This document shows, piece after piece, positions 14,301-26,300 of a stretch of 64,000 bases of DNA. The stretch is from Yuukianura sp. NJ FZ-2021 (Eukaryota), in NCBI GenBank assembly GCA_046563655.1, contig CM102285.1, positions 9,362,001 through 9,426,000 of the forward strand. The letters run 5' to 3'. A program made the translations under genes and the position numbers. The notes below the pieces were generated by a model that worked only from the letters and a program-made list of their open reading frames with translations, was not told the origin of the DNA and made no database searches. Within the stretch, counting starts at the first letter, position 1. Each line of letters begins with the position of its first letter.

Positions 14301-17300
14301 CAGAAATTGGCACAAGTGGGACGTTTGTTCAATCAATGTCAGAAGAAATTGGACGATTGCAAAGCCGAAGTTGAGAATGCCAAGAAAGATGCAGCTGAAT
14401 TTGACTCGGCCTGTCAAGAAGCCCAAGAATGGCTTGCGGATTCACTATCACAATTTTCGGATAAACTCCTTGTGTCGGCAGATCGTGATGTTCTACAAGC
14501 ACAGTTTGCACAATTTGAGGTAAGAAAAATTCAATAGTGTTAGAATTTTGAATTCGTTTGATAGAAAGCTGATGTGTCACTGTGTTTTTAACTTTCAGCC
14601 GATTTACAAAGATGTGATGGCTAAGGAACATGAAATTATAATGACTGTCAATAAAGGAAAGGAACTTGTTTCAGCCAAGTCTACACGAAGAAATGACCAG
14701 CGAACAATTAGTCAAAATCTGGAGAAAATTCAAAAGAGTTGGGACAGGTTGAAGAAAGAAACATTGGATAGAAACAGTCGCCTTCAAACTTCCCTTGAAC
14801 ATTGCCGCAAATACGACAAAGCACGCGATGGATTTCTCAGTTGGTTGACGCAAGCTGAAGAAGCTTTGGATTCTTTGAAACTGGAATCTTTCAAGAAAGC
14901 TGACATCGACAGACAAGTGAAGGAAATGAACGCATTTAAAAACGACTTGTGGCGACATACAAATGAGTACGAAACAACGCGGTCACTTGGAGAAATTTTC
15001 TTGGCCTCATGCGACAAAGACAAGCAGACCGTGACTTCCGAACTTCGTGAAATGAAGCAGAGATGGGATGTTTTGAATAATGTTGTGCTCGGAAGAGTAC
15101 AGGAACTTGAAGATGCTTCAGCTCGCCTCACTGAATTCAATGACCACATCAGAGACGTCAAGAATGCACTGAACCGATGCGAAGATCGGCTGACTTCAAC
15201 TGATGACACCAAAGATCCTAAAGTACTTCAGAAAATCAAAGCCATTATGGACGAAGCTATGAAGTTAGAACGTCCACTCGGAACCGTGAAAACTCAAGGA
15301 GATGGACTTTGCAAAATGGCTGATGAGTGCGAATGTGACTCAGATCATATCAAAGAGGTTGTCGAAGATCTTCTGGATCGCTACCATGTTCTCAATGCAA
15401 AATTGGATGATCGCGGATCGGATCTAGAAGCGGCTCAACGAGCTGTTGCGGAATTCAACGAGCAACTGAAGAATGTTAGTACTGAGTTGGGTAATTTGGA
15501 AGATGAGTTCAACGGAATGAAGCCAATCGGTCGTGACATCCCAACCGTGAAAGCTCAAATTCGCGAAGTAGACGAATTCTTGGATAAACTGAGCAGTAAA
15601 CGATCTGATTTGGAAGCAGCAGTGGCTACAGCCGAAGAGTTGATTCAACAAAACTTTGCCAGCGATCCGAAGGGAATGAGGAGTCAGCTTGAAAAGCTGA
15701 AGAAGCAACTTGGCAAGCTAGATGACAAGGCCAAGAAGCGTGACTCTGACCTTCAGAAAATGTTGGAGAAACTGGAAGCATTCAATGAACTGTACAAAGC
15801 AACGGATTCAGAAGTCAATGATCTTATCGCTCAGGAGAAGACGTTCAGCAAAGGAATTGGAGGAGATGTGGAGGCTATACGAAACCAACAAGCTCAGTTC
15901 AAGGAATTCCGAACGAATTTTGCCGAAGCTGTTGGCAAAGAAGTGGAAGAATGTAACAAGACAGGCCAAGGACTTATACAATCAGCAGCCAATGGTGTCA
16001 ATACTACAGGAATTGAAAGTGATCTGGAGAAACTCAATGAGAAATGGAACAATCTAAAAGAAAGGGTTAGTAAATATTTAAAAACTCCTTGCTTTGCTTT
16101 AAAAAAGTTTTCTGTTTAACGATTTGTTTTTATGCTCAGATCAACGAACAAGAACGGAAGTTGGACGTAGCTCTTTTGAATTCGGGTAAATTCCAAGAAG
16201 CACTTGAAGGCCTGCACAAGTGGCTGAATGACATTGAGGATATGGTTGCAAATCAGAAACCGCCGTCGGCTGACTTCAAAGTTGTAAAAGCCCAGCTACA
16301 GGAGCAAAAGTTTTTGAACAAGATGCTGCTCGACCGCCAGCCGTCCATGAAATCTTTGTTTGCAATGGGAAGAGAAATTGCAGCAAATGCTGATGCAGCG
16401 GATAAACAACAAATAGAAAGCAAGTTAGCTGACTTGGGTGAAAGATATGACACGTTGTGGGACGGTGCTCAGGAGAGACAGAAGGCACTCGAGGAAGCTA
16501 TGGGAGTTGCTAAAGAATTTCAAGACAAATTGGGACCACTCTCTGATTGGTTAGACCGAACAAGTAAGAAAGTGAAGGACATGTCTCTGGTTCCAACAGA
16601 TGAAGACAAAATTCAGAAACGAATTCGAGAGCACGATGTAAGGCCTTATTTTTTTAAAAACTTTTTAACATTGAAAGATGATTTTTTTTCAGAAACTGAT
16701 CAAGTACTAAAACACACTATGTTGGTATATGTAGGCACTCCATGATAGCATCCTTGGAAAACAACCGGAATTCAGTTCACTCGCTGATATTGCTGCAGCA
16801 CTGATGGAGCTTGTTGGTGATGAAGAGGCGACATTAGTTGCAGACAAATTACAGGAAGCTACTGAACGCTACGGAGCACTCGTTGACGAATCGGAAGCTC
16901 TCGGCAAGTTGTTAAAACAGGCTAAAGGAGCCTTACGCCATCTCGTCCTTTCTTATGAGGAATTAATTCGCTGGATGGATGACATGAGCAAACGGCTTGG
17001 AAGACATAAAGTCCTTTCTGTCCATAGAGAGAAGCTACTTGAGCAAATGGAGCAGGTTGCGGTAAGTTTAAAATTGTCTTACTAAATAACATTCTGACAA
17101 TTCCGGCACTGTTTACGTTTGATGTTGTTTTCAATACAGGAATTAAGTGAAGAAATCAAAGACCACGAAAAGCCGATTGACGAAACTGTGGAATCTGGAT
17201 TGGAACTGATGCAAAACATTCCAAACGACGAAGCAATTCAATTGAAGGATAAATTGGATTCTCTTCAGCGACGATTCAATGAAATATCAAACAAAGCCTC

Positions 17301-20300
17301 GGAGCTCTTGAAACATGCCCAAGAAGCTCTTCCACTAGTGACTCAGTTCCACGAATCACACAATGCTCTGTCTGAGTGGATGCTCGGAGCGGAAAGTACA
17401 ATCCAAGGATTAGAATCGCTTAGCATGGGAATTCAGGACAAGGAAATTTCAAGACTCGAACGAGAAATCAGCGAAGAACGAAAAGTCCTCGAACAAATCA
17501 ATCTTATTGGGCCACAGCTTTGCCAACTTTCTCCTGGCGAAGGAGCGTCCACTATTGAAGGATTGGTGACTCGGGATAATCGACGATTTGACGCAATTTG
17601 TGAGCAAGTTCAAAGGAGAGCCGAAAGGATTCAAATGGCCAAGCAGCGATCACTGGAAGTTTTAGGCGACATTGATGATCTGTTGGAATGGTTCCGAGAA
17701 ATTGAAAGTCAAATAAAGGATGCAGAGAAACCAAGTTGTGAGCCGGATATTGTCAAAGTTCAACTGCAAGAACAACGGGCGTTGAATGATGAAATTGCAA
17801 GTCAGAAGGGTCGTGTAAGAGATGTGTTAGCAACTGCCAAGAAAGTTCTTCGTGAATCAGCCCAAGGAGAAGACACTGCGGCAGTTCGAGAGAAAGCGGA
17901 GTATTTGAGGGAAATGATGGACTCCGTTTCAAAATTAAGCAGTGAACGCCTTAATGCTCTTGAACAAGCACTTCCTTTGGCTGAACACTTTGTAGACACG
18001 CACAACCTATTGAATCAATGGATGGATGTAATGGAAGACGATATGGCCACTCTGGACTCACCAGCTATCAGACCGGATCAGATTATGAAATTACAAGACA
18101 AGACTCAAGCATTCCTTCAAGCAGTGAATGAACATAAGCCTCTTGTGGATAAATTGAATAAAACTGGAACGGCCCTTACGAAGTTGTGCAATGACGATGA
18201 TGCTGCTAAGGTTGAAGAAGTCATACATGCCGACAATGATAGATTCAATGCACTCAAGGCTCATTTGCGAGAAATCCAACAGACCCTAGAGAAAGCACTT
18301 CAAGAGACGAGTCAATTCAAAGATAAGCTAGATGGAATGATCAACGCCTTGGAAAGTACTGCGGATCAAGTCAACAATGCCGAGCCAATTTCAGCTCATC
18401 CAGACAAAATTAGGGAACAGATTGATGAGAACGCAGCCATTATTGACGACGTGAAAAAACGCGAGGACGCCTTCAACGCAGTCAAGAAACAAGCAAATGA
18501 CGTTATCAACAAAGCACCAAATCAAAATGATCCTGCCGTCAAAGACATCAAACAAAAGCTGGACAAACTTAACAATCTTTGGGATCAAATTCAAAAGGCT
18601 ACCAGGACCCGTGGCAAGGACTTGGACGAGGCGCTGGGTTTGGCTGAAAAGTTTTGGTCTGAACTGCAAGCGATCATGGAACAATTGGATGCTCTTCAAG
18701 ACTCTTTGAAGAGTCAAGAACCTCCTTCCGTAGAGCCTAAAGCAATTCAAAAACAACAAGACGTTCTACAAAATATCAAGAAGGATATTGAAAAAGTCAA
18801 GCCGGAAGTAGGACAATGTCGCAGCAGTGGCCAAACCCTGATGAAGATGATTGGAGATCAGGATAAGCCTGAGATTAAGAAAAACATCGAAGACCTGGAC
18901 AGCGCTTGGGATAATATCACAGCCCTGTTTGCCAAGCGAGAGGAGAATTTGATTGATGCAATGGAGAAGGCAATGGAATTTCACGAGACGCTGCAGGGAC
19001 TTCTCAAGTTTTTGGAAAACGCAGAACGACGACTTGCTGGAATGGGTGGAATTGGAACGGACATTGACACGGTGAAGAGCCAAATTGCAGAACTAAAGGA
19101 CTTCAAGGGCGATGTAGATCCAATGATGGTCAAAATTGAAGCGTTGAACAGGTATGGACTTTGCCAATTTTCTGTTTTAGTTAACGCAGCAGCGCAAAAG
19201 AAAGTTGAACAGCCAACACTACTAAGTATTATAGGAACTTTATTTCGGAAGTTAAAAATTGATTAATTAACTAAATTCGGTATATCTCTTATCTTATTAA
19301 CCTTATGCCTAACTTCCGGACACTTGGAAATTGCGGTTTGGAATAATGCTGACGAATTTACGATTCTTTGATTGCCATTTGAAGGAGTCTTTGGAGGCAA
19401 GTTGAATTTTAAGAGTGGAATTCTACGTGTTTCAATGTGCTGATGTTCTTAATATGCTTTGTTTACGTAATCCGATTAATGAACTGTGTTAACTTCCAAT
19501 TTGTTGTATCCTAGAAATTAATTGTTTCTTACAGTGTGGATTGTTGCGAAACTAAATGGGTTTAACAGCTTAACACTCATTTACACGAGCTGACACTGCA
19601 TGTTTGGGAGTCATATTTTATCACGTTCTTTTAGTTGGAATCAAAAATGGAGCTTTTCGTGTTTTGTGTTGGGGGAATTGTGGTGATTTTGGTTTGGATT
19701 TTAATAAATTTAAAAAAATGCAGGCAAGCCCAGGAGCTGACGGACCGAACTTCACCAGATCAAGCAGTGAAAATCAAGGGCCCTCTGGCAGAAGTCAACC
19801 GACGCTGGGACGATTTGCTCAAAGGAATTGTTGAAAGGCAGCGGGAGCTGGAAAATGCTCTTCTTCGGCTTGGTCAATTTCAACATGCGCTGAACGAACT
19901 GATGGCATGGATTGACAAGGCCAACAAGTCACTGGAGTCACTCAAACCAAGCTTCGGAGACCCACAAGTGATTGAAGTGGAGCTGGCCAAATTAAAGGTT
20001 GGTGCCTTACACTTATTACCAAATCAAAACGAACTGAGACATAATCTATAATTCTCGCACTTTGTATTTCAGGTTGTTGTAAACGACATTCAAGCACATC
20101 AGAACAGTGTCGACACTCTGAACGATGCTGGACGACAACTTATTGAATCTGAGAAAGGCTCAGAAGATGCTTCGAAGACACAACAGAAGTTGAATAGTTT
20201 GAACAAGAAGTGGGACGAATTACAAAGGAAAGCCATCGACAGGCAAAATGAGTTGGAAGATGCTCTTCGTGATGCTCAAGCATTCGCAGCCGAAATTCAA

Positions 20301-23300
20301 GATCTTCTCTTCTGGCTTAACGATATTGATGGAGCGCTGGCAACTTCAAAACCAGTCGGTGGATTACCAGAGACAGCATCAGAGCAGTTAGCTCGTTTTA
20401 TGGTAAGCGAATTTTGCATTCAACTCACCTTATTTAGTATAACTCATAAGGTAAAAGTTACTTTACGGTGTCTTATTTCAGGAAATCTACAACGAGCTTG
20501 AAACGAATCGTCCCAAGGTCGAAGCAGTTCTTCAACAAGGTCAAGAGTACCTGAAGAAGTCACCAGAGGGAGCAGCAACGAACTTGGCTAATAATTTGAA
20601 AACTCTGCGCCAACGATGGGAGAGCGTAATGAATCGAGCTAACGACAAGAAGATCAAACTCGAAATTGCACTCAAAGAAGCCAACGAATTTCACAAAGCT
20701 GTTCAAGACTTTATTGACTGGCTAACAGATGCTGAACGGTATCTAACCACCCTGGAGCCAGTTTCTCGTGTGCTCGATAAAGTTGTGGACCAAGTTGAAT
20801 GTCACAGAGATTTCCAGAAAGAAGTCAGTTCTCATCGAGAAGTGATGCTTACGCTTGAGAAGAAAGGAAACCATCTGAAGTACTTTAGTCAAAAACAAGA
20901 CGTTATCCTCATCAAGAACTTGCTCATAAGTGTTCAACATCGTTGGGATCGCGTCGTATCAAAATCCACAGAAAGAACGCGAGGCCTTGATCTAGGCTTG
21001 AAGGAAGCCAAAGAGTTCCACGATAATTGGGCAAATCTTTGTAAATGGCTGGATGATGCAGAGAAGAATTTGGACGAAATCATTGCCTCAGCAGGCAACA
21101 ACCCAGTGAAGATCAAGCAAATGTTGGCAAAACACAAAGAATTCCAGCGTGTTTTAGCCTCTAAGCAACCAACTTACGATTCTGTAATGCGAATGGGCAA
21201 ATCCTTGAAAGACAAGGCTCCAAAAACGGATGAACCAGTTCTGAGACAAATGTTGACTGATTTGAAGAACAAGTGGAACACTGTTTGCAACAAAAGTGTT
21301 GAGCGGCAGAGGAATTTGGAAGAAGCATTGCTTAAGTCTGGTCAATTCAAAGATGCCCTCCAGGAATTGCTTGACTGGCTGAAGCATATTGATTCACTTC
21401 TTGTTGAGGATGGTCCAGTGCATGGAGACTTGGATACCGTCATGGCCCTCGTCGAACAACACAAGAAATTAGATGAACAAGTCGAACACAGACGAGCTCA
21501 GATGAGAGAAATTGTGAAAACGGCAGAAGAATTGATGGAAACGGCTGCTCCCGAAGAGAAAGCTAGACTGGGTGGACAAATCAAAGACGTGAAATCGTCG
21601 TTCGATCGAATCAGGAACAAATGTGATCAAAAGGCGAAACGATTAGAGGTTGCTTTGAAAGAGGTATGAGCATCGCCATCCAATAGCGAAATCTTTTGAT
21701 TTTGATCGAGGCACTGCAGTAAGTTTTTGTTTGTTTCCACAGGCGGAGAAGCTCCACAAATCAGTTCATATGCTTTTGGAATGGCTGTCCGATGCCGAGA
21801 TGAGACTCAGATTTGCCGGTTCTCTTCCGGAAGATGAGAATTCAACACGGGAACTTTTGGCTGAGCAGGAAAAGTAATTTTTTTGTGCAAAATATTTCTT
21901 GAATTTGAGTTTATTCGTTTGTTGTAATATTTGTTCTTCATTCTTTCCGCAATAGGTTTATGAGGGAGTTGTTTGCAAAAGAGCGAGAGAAGGATGACAC
22001 TATTGACCTTGCTAGAAGTATTTTGTCCAAGGCCCATCCAGATGCGGTTCCTGTTATCAAGCATTGGATTTCTATAATCCAGTCACGGTGGGATGAAATT
22101 TCTACTTGGGCTAAACAGGTACTGGCTCGTGTTAAACAAGGGATGAAATCGTGGTGTAAGACGTAACTGAACTAATGGACTTTCCATTTGCTATTTTAGC
22201 GTGAAAACAAATTACAAGGGCATTTAGCCTCGCTCCGTGACATGGAAGATTTGCTTGAAGAGCTGATGAGATGGCTCCAGAAATGTGAAGACGATCTCAC
22301 CGACCTAGAAGCTGTTCCGCTTCCAGACGATTTGGGAATTATCCAAGGTCTCATCAAGGTATGTGGAAGAAAATATTAGAGTTGGAATTCTTCAATTCTA
22401 AACCGATTGGTGTACGTTTGTTTTGTAGGATCACAAGGAATTCATGGAAGGAATGGCCAAACGTCAGCCTGAAGTTGATTCCGTTTGCAAACCAAAACCA
22501 CTTGGGAAGCAACCGATTTCCAAAGGAAGACCGGTTCCAAGACTCCGGAGTCAAACGCCAGGGTACGTTTGCGTTAGTTCATTCTTTATCGTTTCTTTTC
22601 AGGGTTTTTTCTTAGAATTATTTTGAGCTTTACAAAGTTTTCCATACGTTTTGCATGGAAAAGCGTTTCGCTTATTATTATTTTTTCTATCGATGCAGTG
22701 ATAGTCGAGAGCCATCTCCAGATATGGACTTTGCTCAACACCGCCTGAGGTTAGCTTCTAACCTTTGTGTTTTATTTTATTTATTTTTTGAGTTTCAAAC
22801 CATTATGCTTTCTTTGTGTCTTTCCGTTGCGTTGCATGACATTCTTTTTGTTTTTGTTTTTCTTTTGCATTGCCTTTGATCGCTGCAGTACTCCGACTGG
22901 AAGAGAGAAAACGCCCGAAGTGTTTCCTCATATCGGTCCACGATTTGATCGGAAAGGAAGGTATTGAGCCAGGGTTTTTTTTTCTGTTGAGAAAATTTAA
23001 TTCCCGCAATGGTCTTTGATGTTGATGATTAGCTAAATTTTTCAGTATAACAACGCAAGCTAATAAAGAGCGAATGTGTAATTCAGATTTCCTTTCTTTT
23101 TACAGCAAAGCGATTGAGCCACAAATTAAGAATCCAAGGCTGAAGGGTCTTTGGGATAAATGGAAGCATGTTTGGATGATGGCTTGGGAGCGACAGCGAC
23201 GTCTACAAGACAAGTACAACTACCTATTGGAATTGGAGAAAGTGAAGAACTTTAGTTGGGACGACTGGAGAAAGAGGGTGAGTAAAGTCTGAAATTATTT

Positions 23301-26300
23301 TCATGTAATGATTTTTAGTAAAAATTAAATTTGTAAAACACTTTGTTTTAATTACAATTTTTAGTTTCTCAAGTTCATGAACTACAAGAAATCACGGGTG
23401 ACCGATATCTTCCGTAAGATTGATAGGAACAACAACGGTCTGATTCCAAGAGAAGAATTCATAGACGCAATTATGAAGACGAGTAAGCGCTTAATGAATA
23501 AAAGTGATTTGTGGTAGTTTGAATCCGAAATATGATTGATTCTTCGTTTTCACAGAATTTCCAACGAGTCGATTGGAGATGAATGCTGTGGCGGACATGT
23601 TTGATCGTGGAGATCACATGATTGACTATATGGAATTCATTGCCGCTCTCAGACCTGACTGGGAGGAAAAGAAACCGGAAACGGAAGCTGATCTGATTGA
23701 CGATGAAGTTCAACGTCAAGTGAGTTCAACCTTGCTTAGGAAATATTTCCTCCATCATCTATTCTCAGTTCTAATTCTTTGTTTTCGTTTTTTTCCAGGT
23801 GATGAAATGTACCTGCCGACAGAAATTCCGTGTCTTTCAAGTTGGAGAAGGGAAGTATCGGGTGAGTTGTCTTGTCATCTGTCGGGAATTTTACTAGAAT
23901 CTTTCTTCTTGGCGTCATCTTTTAACTTTTATTGATGTTTCGTAGTTTGGTGATAGTCAAAAGCTCCGATTAGTTCGAATCTTGAGATCTACTGTGATGG
24001 TTCGTGTTGGGGGTGGATGGGTTGCACTTGACGAGTTCCTGGTGAAGAACGATCCGTGCCGAGGTAAGAAAAAATCATGTGTCCGTATGTGTATTTACTC
24101 AATTATCGTTAGAAAGCAGACTTTGAAAAGGATTTTAATGAAAACCATCTCCTAATATTTGCCGATTTAAAATAATTGCACCGTCAGAACCCACAGCCTT
24201 AACTTTTCGCGTCAAGTTCAGGATTCAATTGCGTCAATGATTTCAATTTACGTCAATAAGCGCGAATAAATCAGAGGTAATCCGTAAACATTTCGCACTA
24301 ATGGGTAACACCACCTCATAATGCAGTTGCTCCATTCTGCACTTGTACATACATTAACCTTTCAGAAACTAATAGACTGGGGATTTAGAGGGAGTACTTC
24401 TACTTAACTGAAATCATTTCAACTTAAAAATTGATCCGGAAACAATGATTAGACAATGTTGGATTTAAATCTGAGTATCTTTCATGTTAACTCTTGCTTT
24501 CTTTTCCTTGCGCTTTTCTCACCGTGTGCCGCTTCTTGAACACTTACAAAGTGGTTATCAATCCGCTTGGTCCGATTTCACCGTTGGAACATGAACCTGG
24601 ATGTCCCTATGGACTCTACTTTAATCGCCACGGGTGTAAGCCACTTTATTATGAACACATTTCCTATTGTGTTACCACTACTGTAGTTTCACAATAATTC
24701 CAAAATAATGCTTTTTGAATTGTAACGGAGTGTTATCTGCATTTTTTACATGTGTAGTTCTTTTAAAACCAGAATTATTTTAACTAACTGCACTTTCCTT
24801 TTGGGAACTTTCTTTCTTGTACACGAATGTCGGAGTTTGTCTGCACCATCTTCTGCATTTTGTAGTTTCTTTACGTTATGTGAGTTTGAATTTTGTACTT
24901 TCACTTTTAGAATTCAAAACTTTTCTCCTCGGTTTGGTTCTGAAATTACTTTGAAAAGGCTTGTTTTTCATAACATTTTCCTAATAAGACATTTGGTGTG
25001 GGTATCTAAATCGGTGTTTTTGGTTGGGAAGACTTATATTTTTGCTATTTTTCGTGCAACATTGATGGGTTGATGTTGTTTTAATTTTTGGTAAGATACA
25101 GTTCTGCGTCTGAAGGGAGTCATGTTTCTGGTATTTCTCTTTTGACGTGTCAATGGGCGAAGAACTGAACGTTTTGTTTTATTTTGGCTGATATTTATTG
25201 AAATACATGTGGTTATGAGTTCAGTGACAGCGTGCAATGTGCTCTAGGATTAGTCACTGAAAAAGTTCTTCAAACTATGAATTGTACTAATTGTGTGTTA
25301 TTTTGGTTTCTAACAATGTGTGTAGCCAAGGGTCGAACGAACATTGAACTCCGCGAGCAATTCATTTTGGCCGACGGTGTTTCTCAGACGATGCAAGCCT
25401 TTAAATCAAGACCAAGCGGAAGCACTGTTTCAAGCGGAAATAGATCCGCACAATCCTTGCCGACGGCTGGACCGATCACTAAGGTTTTTTAATTGTTTTT
25501 AAAGTTACTTTATCGCTTTTTTCGTTTGCAGTTTTACGTTACTGGCTTTTGCGAGTGATTTTGAAAATTTGAGAGTTTGGTTTGTAATGGATTTGGTTTG
25601 AAAATTGAAATGCTGTCCAATATTTTTTTTAACTGTCGAGGTTTCCTATTTTCTTTAATTTCCACTTCTTTTTTCAAATCCGCCAGCGTTCACGGTTACG
25701 ACGGCATTTTTCATTCCCATTATGTGACAACATTACTTTCCGCCATATGTAATAGGGTTATGATTACTTGTTAATGAACCAACAGAAGCGGATTCGCAGC
25801 AATATTTAAAGAATGTTGATGATTTTATACTGCCACAGCGGAGTACATACTGACACATCTGAAACCAATATTTGAGATCATTCGGAATTCGGCTGGGGAA
25901 GGTGGTGGTGGTGGTCTATTTGGCGAAGCTGTCGACACCAGCAGCACCACTTCAACATCTTCATCTTCAACTTGTCGCTACCACCAGTTACCAAAAGCAA
26001 TGAAATCTAGATCTCTTTCTAGGTGGAAACCAATCTATCGATGGGTAAATTTTATAAAGCATTCCGAGAAGTGAACTTTGTCCTTTTGGACTGTGGAACT
26101 GCAACTGCTCAGACCGTTGCATGCACAATCGATTAACCCACAAATATTTTGGGTCGTTTTAAATTGCTAACGAATTTAACAACTTTAAGTGAGAGATGGA
26201 AGTCATAGCACGGAAGTGTAAGACGTGACTCGGATTTCGGTTGAGTGAAAATGTCTGCCTTTGTGAAAGCGACTGACAACTGGAATCCATTGCAACAAAA

